Virus record (IMG/VR): IMGVR_UViG_3300017766_003924 | Coordinates: 1 to 64,000 of that record | From: a virus | Lineage: Duplodnaviria > Caudoviricetes | Strand: one strand, 5' to 3' | DNA length: 64,000 nt | In this document: piece after piece, positions 18,876 through 29,012 of the stretch | Layout of the letters: every line of letters begins with the position of its first letter | Position numbering within the stretch: the stretch's first letter is position 1 | The notes under the pieces: model-generated | What the model saw: the letters and a program-made list of their open reading frames with translations, nothing else | Told to the model about the DNA's origin: nothing | The model's database searches: none | Made by a program: the position numbers and the translations under genes

Positions 18876-19292
18876 ATGAATCCTTACGGTAAGAAATTTC
18901 TACACGTTTTAAATGAAGAGGTTGAAGAAACCGAGGTGCCAGTTTCTCCAGAAGATCAGGATAAGGCTGCCTTTAAAGCATCATTAGATGACGGTACAAA
19001 TCCTCAAAAGTTTGATGATGTTCAGGCTAATCCGGTTATCAAGTATAAAGAGGAGATGACTGCACAGCAACTTCAAGGTGTCCAAGAATGGATCAAGATT
19101 ATTGATAATTTTGCTACAGAGTTAAATGGATTGGGTAATAACTCTATGCAGGAGCAACTTAATACTGCAGAATGTGAAACTCTTTATTCTAAGATTGCAC
19201 GAAGCGAAACTAAGAAAATCTCTCGTGTAGCGCAGGACTTAAGATCTCTTTCAGAGTCATTGAAGGGTTACTTACTCTCAAATGAGATGTAA
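18876..19292 (+). CDS. Hypothetical late protein with leader
   Basis: MNPYGKKFLHVLNEE leader; acidic then helical. Confidence 0.65.
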   Translation: MNPYGKKFLHVLNEEVEETEVPVSPEDQDKAAFKASLDDGTNPQKFDDVQANPVIKYKEEMTAQQLQGVQEWIKIIDNFATELNGLGNNSMQEQLNTAECETLYSKIARSETKKISRVAQDLRSLSESLKGYLLSNEM

Positions 19293-20319
19293 TCTCTTGT
19301 AAAGCTTCTTTAGCTTTTAATCCCTCATAGGTATTTGATAGTAAATAACTTTGAGGGATTTCTTTTATCTTTAACCCCTTAGCTAAATCGTTAAAATCTT
19401 TAAATTTGATACCTGCATTTTTAGGCCATATAAAGACTTTTTGACCAAGATTTACTAATCGAGTACTCTTCAAGAGAGATGCATTATCAATCCACTGTGA
19501 ATCTAAACACCAGATAATATCAAAGAGTTTAAAGCTCTTAAGCTGTTCTTTTTGATATGATGAGAAGAGAGTATCACTATTTTCCTGAATACCTCCAACA
19601 GCAACACCATTCTTAATAAAAGTGCTATTAAAGGGTCCTTCGCATACAAAGATGTTCGGAAGATTATCTCTAATCTGATTAATACCGAATATCGACCTAA
19701 CCCCACCTTCTTTAGAGATATATCTAATTGCATCCGGATCTCCCGTAATATCTCTACTCTGATAATGGATTACTTTATTGTTAACATCATAATACGGTAT
19801 AATGATGCGATTCTTATGGACAAAATCAGTTAAACTTATCCAATACGATTTAGGTCTATTAACTGCGGAACTAAGGAGCCTTTGATCTAAATAGGTTTGA
19901 GCGCTTTGTACTACTTTGTTACTATTATAAAATAAAACCTGCGTAGAATCAAAGAGATTAATGCTATCATGGGGTAAAGAGGGTAGTGTAACATCGTTTT
20001 TCGATGCTTTTAATAAATTATTAACATTCTGACGAGGAATCATGTCATAATCTTTAGCTTCGTCTATAACTTCACTAAACCGCATACCTGTTAAATCACT
20101 AATCCACTTAATAGGTGATTGTCGTAATCCGCAATTAAAGCAGGATATAACATTACACTTCGGAGAATATGTTAATCGCTTCTTCTTTCCCCAGCTACTT
20201 CCCTCTCTACATGTAGGACAACACCCGTAATAAACGTTTTTGTATTGTTTATGTACGGGCATTCCAGCTAACTCCATGAATTTTTGGGCTACATATTCTG
20301 TAGGTAAATTAAAATTCAT
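19210..20319 (-). CDS. gp61: DNA primase, gp61-like
   Basis: Zn finger CPTCREG...CFNC; RIIIPYY; TOPRIM VCEGPFNS, LDSQW, KDFND. Confidence 0.93.
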   Translation of the reverse strand: MNFNLPTEYVAQKFMELAGMPVHKQYKNVYYGCCPTCREGSSWGKKKRLTYSPKCNVISCFNCGLRQSPIKWISDLTGMRFSEVIDEAKDYDMIPRQNVNNLLKASKNDVTLPSLPHDSINLFDSTQVLFYNSNKVVQSAQTYLDQRLLSSAVNRPKSYWISLTDFVHKNRIIIPYYDVNNKVIHYQSRDITGDPDAIRYISKEGGVRSIFGINQIRDNLPNIFVCEGPFNSTFIKNGVAVGGIQENSDTLFSSYQKEQLKSFKLFDIIWCLDSQWIDNASLLKSTRLVNLGQKVFIWPKNAGIKFKDFNDLAKGLKIKEIPQSYLLSNTYEGLKAKEALQEITSHLRVSNPSMTLKEILSPALHERFS

Positions 20320-20353
20320 GTAATTATGATATTTTATTAACTAGAGAAGGCAA

Positions 20354-20545
20354 TTACTTTTCTGTGGTAGGTGCATATGCAGTATACCCTTTATGGAAGT
20401 AATTACCGCAGCGTGGGCAATTCCACTGTGCCATGGTGTTTCCAGTTGCATTTTCTTTGATAATGCGCGGCTTAATGCTACCGGTACCACATGCTGTGCA
20501 TTGCATTGCTAAAGGACGAGAAATAGGTCGTGTATTAGGATTCAT
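20354..20545 (-). CDS. Small Zn-ribbon protein
   Basis: CTACG...CPRCG; TAAATA 6 nt upstream. Confidence 0.7.
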   Translation of the reverse strand: MNPNTRPISRPLAMQCTACGTGSIKPRIIKENATGNTMAQWNCPRCGNYFHKGYTAYAPTTEK

Positions 20546-20557
20546 ATTAAATATTTA

Positions 20558-21478
20558 TTACTGTAACCGACTAATTAAGCTACTGACTGTTTTAGGCATG
20601 TTTACCTTCTTAGTGAAGAGAGCCTTCCAATTGTACATATATTTGACATGATCCATTAAACCATGATTAGTGCAGAGCATCTCAAAATAGGTCCAATCTG
20701 GCTTTAGATCCTTCTTTGCTTCAAATTGCTTCTCATAAACGGGTAACTCTTCTAATTCAATTTCTACTCCCCGGCTGATATTCATCATATCAAAATTTTC
20801 AGATATGACTTGACGCTGTTCATCGGTTAATGATTTGAGATTTTCATCCCAATTTGAAATGAATTTACGAGATTTAACTTCTCCATATCCTTCGAGACCT
20901 TTAATATTATCTGAAGCATCACCTTTAATAACTTTATACTTTAAGAAATCTTCTCGGCGCAACTTGAATTTACTTTCAAATGTCTCAAGGGTTATGAGTT
21001 CCTTTTTGATCGGTAAGAAGACATTTGTATTATGATCAACTAATTGACATAAGTCTTGATCTGCAGTAACTATTGTAACCTTATCATCTTTATGTTTTGT
21101 AGAGAGATAATATATTACATCATCACCTTCAAGGACATTGGGGTAGATGCATTTAATACCTAATGCAGTTAAGAGCTCACTAATTGCTTCTTCATCCTTA
21201 TGAATGTCGTAAACATCAGTCTTGTCTCTGTTTGCCTTATAGGAACCTTCTTTAAGCTTCTTTCTAAAGTTTGTAGAGGGGTAGGTAAGCTTTTTATCCC
21301 ATGCTCCATATATCACATCAGGCGCGAATGTCTTGATGTACGACTTAACACACATTAAAAATACGTTCAGGTTGTTTATATTTTCACCTGCAGAATTTAG
21401 TGTAGGTTCATTGAGCTTTGTGACATGATAAATTCTATATAAAAGATTGTTATTGTCAAGTATTAATACCCTTTTCAT
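20558..21478 (-). CDS. rnh: 5'-3' exonuclease / T4 RNase H (FEN-1 superfamily)
   Basis: ILDNNNLLYR, EGDDVI, TADQDLCQL, GDASDNIKG. Confidence 0.93.
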   Translation of the reverse strand: MKRVLILDNNNLLYRIYHVTKLNEPTLNSAGENINNLNVFLMCVKSYIKTFAPDVIYGAWDKKLTYPSTNFRKKLKEGSYKANRDKTDVYDIHKDEEAISELLTALGIKCIYPNVLEGDDVIYYLSTKHKDDKVTIVTADQDLCQLVDHNTNVFLPIKKELITLETFESKFKLRREDFLKYKVIKGDASDNIKGLEGYGEVKSRKFISNWDENLKSLTDEQRQVISENFDMMNISRGVEIELEELPVYEKQFEAKKDLKPDWTYFEMLCTNHGLMDHVKYMYNWKALFTKKVNMPKTVSSLISRLQ

Positions 21479-21537
21479 ACTTTAATTATAATACATCCTT
21501 TCAGATGTATATGAGAAATCTTGTATATTATTCACTG

Positions 21538-21885
21538 TTAACTCAAATCAGCATCATCATCAGGAATAAATCCTGAATTTCTCAATGATGAGAAGAAATG
21601 ACCTAAGAGGTGAGAAAGAGAATCAAGCTCTTGATCATTGTGCTTGCAGATTAACATAATTCTCTTCCCTTCATTATCATACCCCATAAGAGTAAAGCAC
21701 GTCAACTGCTTCTGAAGATCATTAATAAGATTCTGCGTTGCAGGATCGATATTATCTTGACCACCAGGAATGGTAGATGAAAATGATTCAATAGCATTTA
21801 CCACATCATCTAAGCCTGAGTCTTGCTTAGCAGGTTCAGGAACAGTCGGTGTATTATCTTTTTGTTTTTCTTTTTTATGTGCCAT
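21538..21885 (-). CDS. Hypothetical protein
   Basis: In-operon ORF. Confidence 0.6.
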   Translation of the reverse strand: MAHKKEKQKDNTPTVPEPAKQDSGLDDVVNAIESFSSTIPGGQDNIDPATQNLINDLQKQLTCFTLMGYDNEGKRIMLICKHNDQELDSLSHLLGHFFSSLRNSGFIPDDDADLS

Positions 21886-22204
21886 ATGTATATCTAATAA
21901 TGTTTTGAGGTTTTATACCATATTTTAGAAGATAGCGCAATACTACTTCCATTGAATCGGTATCAAGCTGTAGGTGTCTCGGAAACCATTGACCACCATC
22001 ATTAAACTCAAAACTAACCTGATTAAATTCTGTCTTGTTTTCGTAACAAGTTATAAAGAGTGCATTTACCGTAGGGTTAACGAGTATAGTCCACTTTCTA
22101 GGGTCAACATCTGAATAATCTGCAAATATCTTATTTGCAATGTATCCATTATCTCTAAGCCTCTTTAGAAAGTAGCTTAGTGTTGTGACCTTATTCTTTG
22201 GCAT
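21875..22204 (-). CDS. Hypothetical protein
   Basis: Coupled to the clamp gene; globular composition. Confidence 0.65.
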   Translation of the reverse strand: MPKNKVTTLSYFLKRLRDNGYIANKIFADYSDVDPRKWTILVNPTVNALFITCYENKTEFNQVSFEFNDGGQWFPRHLQLDTDSMEVVLRYLLKYGIKPQNIIRYTYGT

Positions 22205-22935
22205 TACTTTATTAAGCTTGCAGCTATATATAGAAATTTATTATGGTCGTCGGAAATATCAAATAATGTAACTCCTAGTTCACTATTGATTTTAATCTTA
22301 ATATCTTCAGATCGCGTTGCTGCTATGATTCGTATTGTATCAAATGGTAAAATTACTGGATCAGTCAACTCTGTACCAACTAATGTTGTATTAACGGTCA
22401 GAGTAAAGTTATCTACATTATCTCTACTCTTATCGTCTAATTCAATGATAACGGTATCTTGATTACAGGTGATATACACCTTACTGCAATCTTGAATAAC
22501 CGTACTAGCTCTAATCACCTCTACGACATTTCTATATGTGAGACTAAATGAGGTATCCCACTTTAATGCTTTTATTTTCTGAACGTTTACTTGAGGTACT
22601 GATGCAATCCCGCTCTCAAGTAAGTGATATGTAAATCTAATTTTTGAATCTTTATATTTGAGATTATTGTCATCATATATAAAGTCAAATTCATCTGCTT
22701 CAATAAACTTTACCATCTTTATTAACTTACCTACATTTGGTAAATCAATAGTAATTTTGTCAAAATCTTGATCACAATTACAAAGCGTTGATGTGATTAA
22801 AATTAATGTTCCGTCAACATTTTGAGCAATAGATGATATTGCTGTCTTAGTAAGATTGACGGAACAGAGATTTGTAATTCTTGCTATACTGTCTAAAAAG
22901 TCGAGAAATTTAGCTTTGTTTAGAGTAATTTTCAT
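22204..22935 (-). CDS. gp45: Sliding clamp, gp45/PCNA-like
   Basis: About 240 aa, two-domain beta/alpha pattern, DLPNVGKLIKM, in the replication block. Confidence 0.7.
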   Translation of the reverse strand: MKITLNKAKFLDFLDSIARITNLCSVNLTKTAISSIAQNVDGTLILITSTLCNCDQDFDKITIDLPNVGKLIKMVKFIEADEFDFIYDDNNLKYKDSKIRFTYHLLESGIASVPQVNVQKIKALKWDTSFSLTYRNVVEVIRASTVIQDCSKVYITCNQDTVIIELDDKSRDNVDNFTLTVNTTLVGTELTDPVILPFDTIRIIAATRSEDIKIKINSELGVTLFDISDDHNKFLYIAASLIK

Positions 22936-23428
22936 TGTCGTAATTCAATGTTATACTCTTAATGGGCTTTTTCAATGTATCTTCTAATTTCTTATTGATT
23001 TTATTCTGTGTGTCTAATTTATCAGATAATAATAACACAGAGTCAGAGAGAGATTTTAATATGTCGAGAATTTGCTTTTGACCGTCTAGTAGAGAATTAT
23101 ACTGCTCTAGTGAGATATTCGCAATATTAGGTGCGGGCTTTACGACTGTAGCAGGCTGTACTGTGGGTTGTGGTGGTGCTACAGGTTGAGGTACTGGTCT
23201 ACTAATTTCCTGAGCTATATCCGCAACAGGGTCAGGTTTATTTGCGAGTGCTTCTCTAACTGATTTATTTACAAGATCCTTGACAACTGTAGCAGGCTGT
23301 CTGATATCACGCTTAAGTTGGTTCGTAGGGTTCGTAATGGAACTGTTTACATCATTAAGTTGCCGCGTTGTCATAAAAGACAACGCGGCAAGCGCTTGCA
23401 TTTCCTGTATAGTGTCGTTATTACTCAT
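22910..23428 (-). CDS. Hypothetical protein with Pro-rich linker and coiled coil
   Basis: In-operon ORF between gp32 and the clamp. Confidence 0.6.
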   Translation of the reverse strand: MSNNDTIQEMQALAALSFMTTRQLNDVNSSITNPTNQLKRDIRQPATVVKDLVNKSVREALANKPDPVADIAQEISRPVPQPVAPPQPTVQPATVVKPAPNIANISLEQYNSLLDGQKQILDILKSLSDSVLLLSDKLDTQNKINKKLEDTLKKPIKSITLNYDNENYSKQS

Positions 23429-24269
23429 TATCTTTATTTAATCCATCGAGAAGAGAGTCAATACTCACATCTTCATCGATAGATGTCTTCGGATCCGCAT
23501 AAGGAATATCATCATCAGCAGGTTCAGCCTTTGCTTTTGCTGCTTTTGCTGGAGCCTTAGCAGGAGCCTCTTCCTTAACTTCTCCATAGAAGTCTTCAGT
23601 GAAGAGTTTCTTTAAGTCATTATAAGACTTAACTTGAACTAAGCTTGCTAACTCAATTGGATTAGCTAATACTTCCTTAATCTTAGCTTCACTATCTAAT
23701 CCTTCGATAGCTGATGCCTTTGTCTTAAACTTAGAAGATACGAAGGAAGGAAAATCTCCTTGCTTCTCACACTTGATAACTAAGTTGCAACCATTCTTTG
23801 AGAGATCGAAAATCCTCTCACCGAGTTCATCCGCATCTTCCTCCATAGCGCTCATAATGATCTTATGAAGCTGTTTTCCGAATCGGAGAATCTTAACAGA
23901 GCCATTATTTTCAGGCTTAGACTGGTCTTCAATAACCCAAACCTTAACTAACCAGCTCTCTTTGCGAACTACACCTGCAATCTTTTCCTTCTCAATAGCA
24001 GATCCTGACTTGAGAATCTTACCACGAATTTCAGAAATTGGATCAGGCTGCTCGTATGTAGTAGGAGATGTTTCAATAATAAAGTTGTTATTAGTGAAGC
24101 TCTTCCAACCATGAGTGTAATAATGAAAGAATGTACTTTCAGGTTTCTTTACATTAGGAATAAGACGAACGGTGTAGGTCTTACCAACTTCGAGCTTTAA
24201 AATGTCTTTGAAGCTATTAGTTTGAGGCTTTTTGAGGGTGTCCTTGATACTTGTAAATAAGTTATTCAT
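23421..24269 (-). CDS. gp32: Single-stranded DNA-binding protein, gp32-like
   Basis: VRLIPN, FFHYYTHGW, PENNGSVKILRFGKQL, FDLSKNGCNL, acidic C-terminal tail. Confidence 0.92.
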   Translation of the reverse strand: MNNLFTSIKDTLKKPQTNSFKDILKLEVGKTYTVRLIPNVKKPESTFFHYYTHGWKSFTNNNFIIETSPTTYEQPDPISEIRGKILKSGSAIEKEKIAGVVRKESWLVKVWVIEDQSKPENNGSVKILRFGKQLHKIIMSAMEEDADELGERIFDLSKNGCNLVIKCEKQGDFPSFVSSKFKTKASAIEGLDSEAKIKEVLANPIELASLVQVKSYNDLKKLFTEDFYGEVKEEAPAKAPAKAAKAKAEPADDDIPYADPKTSIDEDVSIDSLLDGLNKDNE

Positions 24270-24316
24270 ATATTTGTTTCTTGTTTATTTGTGAATAATT
24301 GTTAATTTATTCATAA

Positions 24317-24979
24317 TTATTTAATACTATTCACATCAGATTTCAACAAGGTTTCTACAATTTTTTTCAGTTTTGTAAAGTTTTGTGAGGTATAAAGCTG
24401 CATCCGGAACCAATCACTTTTGTTGTATCTTTCACCTAATGTAAATTCAAGATAATCTTTATCCTGAAACTTAAAAAATACATCTTCAATATTAAAGAGT
24501 AGGAGAGTATAAATGTTTACACTTCTATTCTTTAAATGGATGATGCAGGAGGGTACATAACTGCTTTCAGTTGTAAAGTTGATGTACTCACCTATACTAA
24601 TTTTATTTTCTTTACAAAACTCAATAATGAACTTTATAGATCTCTTGGTGAGGGCAATTTGTTCTGGAGCATCAGGAGGTAGTAAATCTATATGTTTACA
24701 ATAAGTCGTATAATCCTTGATTGCTTTAGGTGAGGTAAAATAATTTAATGCATAATACCTCTCTTCACACGACTCTCTAATATTAAACGGAGACTTTAAA
24801 AATATGTCTACATCTATATAAGGATGTGATTTAAAGAATATGCAGAGCTTTTTTAAGTGTGGATATACATCACCATCTTCAAATCCTGAGAAGTCTTTTC
24901 TATATTTGAATGGTAGACCCTTCGATGTACGTGTCACTCTTAGAAACACATTATAGATATACTTCTCGTATTCAGTCAT
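24317..24979 (-). CDS. gp59: Helicase loader, gp59-like
   Basis: About 220 aa, aromatic/basic, FKYRKDF motif, directly upstream of gp32 as in T4. Confidence 0.55.
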   Translation of the reverse strand: MTEYEKYIYNVFLRVTRTSKGLPFKYRKDFSGFEDGDVYPHLKKLCIFFKSHPYIDVDIFLKSPFNIRESCEERYYALNYFTSPKAIKDYTTYCKHIDLLPPDAPEQIALTKRSIKFIIEFCKENKISIGEYINFTTESSYVPSCIIHLKNRSVNIYTLLLFNIEDVFFKFQDKDYLEFTLGERYNKSDWFRMQLYTSQNFTKLKKIVETLLKSDVNSIK

Positions 24980-25272
24980 TACTTAAAATTCTTTGTTATA
25001 AACGCTTTATGCGAATTAATGTACTTTTGTATGTATTTACTTTTAAACAGGGTCGGATCAATTTCTAAATAGGTTCTAAACAGTTCTTGATCGCTATCAG
25101 TGTTAATTGCTGCTTTTAATGTTTCCCTATACTCTTTATTTTTTAGAAGGAGAAGGAATACTTGTGCAAAATTAAACTTACGACCGTAGAGGAGAGAGAG
25201 CCAGGTACAAAAGGTGATTATTAACTTCTTTGTTTCTATGTCTTCGATATTTTCTGAATTAAAGTGCTTCAT
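24979..25272 (-). CDS. Hypothetical protein
   Basis: Coupled ORF upstream of the gp59-like gene. Confidence 0.6.
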   Translation of the reverse strand: MKHFNSENIEDIETKKLIITFCTWLSLLYGRKFNFAQVFLLLLKNKEYRETLKAAINTDSDQELFRTYLEIDPTLFKSKYIQKYINSHKAFITKNFK

Positions 25273-25277
25273 TTACT

Positions 25278-26198
25278 TTATTTAACTTGTACAAATGTTT
25301 TTGTAAACTTTGCAAATTCAGCCGTTATCTTTCCACCTGCAGCTTTTTCGTGACCCCCACCATCAATAAGTGATTGAGCTACTGTAGAGAGATTGAGTTT
25401 ACAATTTTTAGATTTACGAATTGATACCTTTTGAGTTGCTAAATCAACATAAAAGACAACATCAAATTTATACTTGTTGTTTATGATGCCGATAAGTTCA
25501 TTAGGGTAATAAGGCTTTAGTGATGGTGTAATTATCGGTTGAATTATACCTACAGAATATTTTTCATCATCAATCTTACAATTATCTTTTTTGTAAATAT
25601 TGCACACCTTTAACTGACTAGCAATTTTACTCTTTTCTGTCTGTATAATATCTTGCTGGTCATAGCTAAATCCATCAAACCCATCCTGGAACAGCTCTAT
25701 AAAGTCAGCTGCTTTTGAATCCCATGGTAGTGAATTATACACAAACATTAAGTTGAGAGTATCCTTATATTTCAACCTATAGCAATCATAATCATCAATA
25801 AGTGATATTAACTTAATTTGCTCTAACGTAAGCTTAATATCAGGATACTTTTTAGAGAATATATTGAACAATAATTTAGTACAGCTTGTATCAACTTTAT
25901 GGTTAATTATTGCAGAACGATATACTGCTGTATTATGTGACTCATGATGGTCATAGATAATGTTTCCGATAGAGTCTATGCACTTGTTTGTTGTTGCAAG
26001 TTGAGATAGATCTAAATCAAAGAACAATACTTCATCATATGACATTCTTTCAGTCTTAAACCAATATTCAATCTTAGAAGAACAAGATGAAAGAGCTGAC
26101 GTCATATACTTGAACTCCTTATCGGGGTGAAACCATTTGTATACTAAGAGACACCCTACACCATCTAGGTCCCAGTCAGAGAAAATAAAAGTTTTCAT
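25278..26198 (-). CDS. DHH/DHHA1 family phosphoesterase
   Basis: DWDLDG, FFDL, YDHHESH, GGGHEKAAGG. Confidence 0.9.
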   Translation of the reverse strand: MKTFIFSDWDLDGVGCLLVYKWFHPDKEFKYMTSALSSCSSKIEYWFKTERMSYDEVLFFDLDLSQLATTNKCIDSIGNIIYDHHESHNTAVYRSAIINHKVDTSCTKLLFNIFSKKYPDIKLTLEQIKLISLIDDYDCYRLKYKDTLNLMFVYNSLPWDSKAADFIELFQDGFDGFSYDQQDIIQTEKSKIASQLKVCNIYKKDNCKIDDEKYSVGIIQPIITPSLKPYYPNELIGIINNKYKFDVVFYVDLATQKVSIRKSKNCKLNLSTVAQSLIDGGGHEKAAGGKITAEFAKFTKTFVQVK

Positions 26199-26210
26199 AT
26201 TTGTATTATA

Positions 26211-27569
26211 TTATTCATCATCAGATTTAAAGAGCTTATTTACGGTATTTAATACTGCTACAGTTTCATCAGTACTAGATATATCTTCATCTTGACTAAG
26301 TGTTAATGTTTCGTAATCGATATTCATACGAAATGCACCGAAGTTAGGACCAAAGCGACTCTTACAGATGCCTAGATTTATAACTCCTAATTCCTTTTCT
26401 TCATCTTGTTGCCAGAGAACACCAATAAAGTCAGGTGTAGTTGCGAGACCGAGACTCTCACCAAGTGTTTCAATACCCGGATTTACTTCTGTTAACCCAT
26501 CACGATTAATTTGAGCTGCCGAAATAATAGGGCATTCAAATACATAAGAAAGAGCTCTTACCTGCTCTACTATATACTTTCCTTTTTCATAAAGAGTAGT
26601 ACCTACAAGGGAGTTAAGGATTGTGAGGTAATCAATAACAATTGCATCGATTTTCTTATACTTCTTAACAATCTTTTTAAAGAATCCTTCAAGCTGCTTT
26701 GGAGTAATGGTACTTGGTGGAAATTCCTTTACAATAATTCTACTGTGTGGATTTTTTGTCTTATATGCATTAACTCTATTTTTAAGTTCAGAAGTATTTT
26801 GAGCAAGAGATCCTATAGGTATTTTTGTGATGCGAGAAGAGAGTCTCTTTGCATACATCAATTCTGACATCTCTAATGAGACAAGAAGTACAGTCTTACC
26901 TTGATCAGCCATGTTACAAACCAGATTACCAAGCATGATTGATTTACCTACATTGGTACCACCTGCAAATAAGTATAGCGCTCTACCAGATTCTATGAAT
27001 CCTCCACCTATCTTCTTATCAAGCCACTCAAAGCCAGTTGAAATATATTTTTCTGTAGCAAGAAGATCTTTTATATGTCGATCTATGTTTCCTAAATAAT
27101 CTAAACCTAAATCATGTATAAGAGTAATACTACATACATCTTCAAATCGTTTAAGTACTTCAGACGTGTTTATATCTCCACTTTCACATTGAGTTGCAGT
27201 ATCAACTAATGCAAAATATAGCTCTTTCTCTTTAATAAATTTTTCAGTATTGTAATACAGTTCATCTTTATTAAACTTTGAATCTATACCTTTAAGACCT
27301 TCTAACAGACTTCTAAAATTTGTTTTTTGCTCTTCTGTTAGAAGGTATGACTTAATTTCTGTAGTATTCGGTAGCGCACCTCTCTTAGTGTAAAAGTCTT
27401 TAATAATCTGAACTACATCACGTGAAGCAGGCTTAGTAAATATTTTTGGTGTTAAATGTTCTATAGTTGATGCAAGAAACTCTTCATTCGTCAATATATT
27501 ATAGATTATAACATCTTCAAAAAAATTCAAATTGATCGCGCTGTTCTGTTGAACGCTTTTTTTCGCCAT
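26211..27569 (-). CDS. gp41: Replicative helicase, gp41/DnaB-like
   Basis: Walker A GGTNVGKS, SLEMSE, VKEFP, IVIDYL, AAQINR, KSRFG. Confidence 0.95.
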   Translation of the reverse strand: MAKKSVQQNSAINLNFFEDVIIYNILTNEEFLASTIEHLTPKIFTKPASRDVVQIIKDFYTKRGALPNTTEIKSYLLTEEQKTNFRSLLEGLKGIDSKFNKDELYYNTEKFIKEKELYFALVDTATQCESGDINTSEVLKRFEDVCSITLIHDLGLDYLGNIDRHIKDLLATEKYISTGFEWLDKKIGGGFIESGRALYLFAGGTNVGKSIMLGNLVCNMADQGKTVLLVSLEMSELMYAKRLSSRITKIPIGSLAQNTSELKNRVNAYKTKNPHSRIIVKEFPPSTITPKQLEGFFKKIVKKYKKIDAIVIDYLTILNSLVGTTLYEKGKYIVEQVRALSYVFECPIISAAQINRDGLTEVNPGIETLGESLGLATTPDFIGVLWQQDEEKELGVINLGICKSRFGPNFGAFRMNIDYETLTLSQDEDISSTDETVAVLNTVNKLFKSDDE

Positions 27570-27602
27570 ATGTATATATTATCAGTATTCTTGATAATAC
27601 AA

Positions 27603-28352
27603 TTAGGTACCCCACTTTTGTAAAAACTTTTCTTGATTAGCTTTGAAGATTGGGTCCTCTAGAGATTTAAGACCAGGAGAAACGTGGAATATATTGTGTA
27701 CTTGTGAAAATACCCCTATCTTTAGACGCTTTTCATTGGCTGCTAAACAGAAGTCTAAATCGTAACAATGAAAAGAGAATTGATTATCAAACTGGAGGTT
27801 ATTATCTTGAAGAGTTTTTAATGTAGTACACATTATGAGACCATCAACAAGAATACACCGCTGTCCTTGAGGTCCAAATGTTGTTACACATTCAACATCT
27901 CCATATGGATGAGATACAGCACCGGCCCATGCTTTACGATCAGACATTATATGCCATAGTGTAGGCTCTGTAATATTTAAGAGACCACCAGAACCTGCTG
28001 CTCCTACAATATCGAACTTCTCAAAATCTTTATAGAGTCCTTGATAAAAGAATGAAAGGCTCGATCTAATAAATACATCATCATGTACAAATACTACAAT
28101 TTGATCTCCCTTGGTATTTTTTGAAAGATGCTTTACTGCATCATTATATACCTTCGAGAGTGAATCAGTATTACTATGCTTTATAAGGTGTGTATATTGA
28201 ACACCTTCAATATTACAATGAAAGGTAGCATACTCAGCGGAAATATCTGAATAAATCCAGGTTTTTTCATCAACATACTTGAATATGTTAGTGCTTATAT
28301 TACCTACTGATTGTTTAGTGGCTGTAACGAATGTAATGTTTAATTTATTCAT
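27603..28352 (-). CDS. GT-A fold glycosyltransferase-like protein
   Basis: VVFVHDDVFI (DxD-type motif), VGAAG, VDGLIM, FHCYDLDFCL. Confidence 0.8.
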   Translation of the reverse strand: MNKLNITFVTATKQSVGNISTNIFKYVDEKTWIYSDISAEYATFHCNIEGVQYTHLIKHSNTDSLSKVYNDAVKHLSKNTKGDQIVVFVHDDVFIRSSLSFFYQGLYKDFEKFDIVGAAGSGGLLNITEPTLWHIMSDRKAWAGAVSHPYGDVECVTTFGPQGQRCILVDGLIMCTTLKTLQDNNLQFDNQFSFHCYDLDFCLAANEKRLKIGVFSQVHNIFHVSPGLKSLEDPIFKANQEKFLQKWGT

Positions 28353-29007
28353 CTATAAAATAAGAAGATTTGATTACTGTTTTTAATAGGATGTTGTTGA
28401 AGATATCGTATGCGCATCCGTTGGGTAGTTCATTGAAGGACGCCGTTTTGACAGATGAAAAGCTTGTATCATTAAAATAGAGAGTTGACCCATTACGAGC
28501 TATATATACCTTCTTTGATTTTTCATCCAGACACCAAATACCTACAGTTCCTTCTAGGAGTTCTAATGTTTTGAGTATACCTATATGAGTATCATAGTCA
28601 CTAAACTCTAAACCAATTAACTTGGGTATTATTTCTGAATCAACAGAAGATTTAAGTAATTCTCGAGCATTATATGTCTTAACTAATTCAGAGTAGTTAG
28701 AAATTACTCCATTATGAGCAACGAGTAAATATCTACTTCTAAAGGGGTGCATATTCGAGCGGGCAGGTTCTCTCTCACAAGTAGTAGGTGCTTGTGTGTG
28801 ACCGAGATAGTAAAAATTATCACCTGGATCAGGCTTTTGAAATAATACAGCATCTATATCAATAGGCATTTTAAAGATGTGTTCTGTTGTACGGCCAAAA
28901 TTTCTTTCAAATTCTATAAATGATACTGCTTTAGAGCCTCGCGTTAAGTTATCTCTATAGAGTTGTTTAAATTCTGTTAAATCGTTTGATCCAAATATTC
29001 CACACAT
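28345..29007 (-). CDS. Class II (Ntn) glutamine amidotransferase, stand-alone Gat
   Basis: N-terminal MCGIFG nucleophile, GHTQAPT, HPF, AHNGVISN, VDSEII. Confidence 0.9.
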   Translation of the reverse strand: MCGIFGSNDLTEFKQLYRDNLTRGSKAVSFIEFERNFGRTTEHIFKMPIDIDAVLFQKPDPGDNFYYLGHTQAPTTCEREPARSNMHPFRSRYLLVAHNGVISNYSELVKTYNARELLKSSVDSEIIPKLIGLEFSDYDTHIGILKTLELLEGTVGIWCLDEKSKKVYIARNGSTLYFNDTSFSSVKTASFNELPNGCAYDIFNNILLKTVIKSSYFIDE

Positions 29008-29012
29008 ATATT

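Noticed and set aside
19620-19650. Primase EGPFNS (Asn where T4-like primases often have Asp) as an inactivating change
   Set aside because: The catalytic Glu and downstream acidic motifs are retained; a single substitution is not enough to claim inactivity.
23500-23580. Ala/Lys/Pro repeats (APAKAPAKAAKAKA) in gp32, and the P/A/Q run in 43737-44039
   Set aside because: Ordinary low-complexity linkers, not DNA-level repeat arrays.
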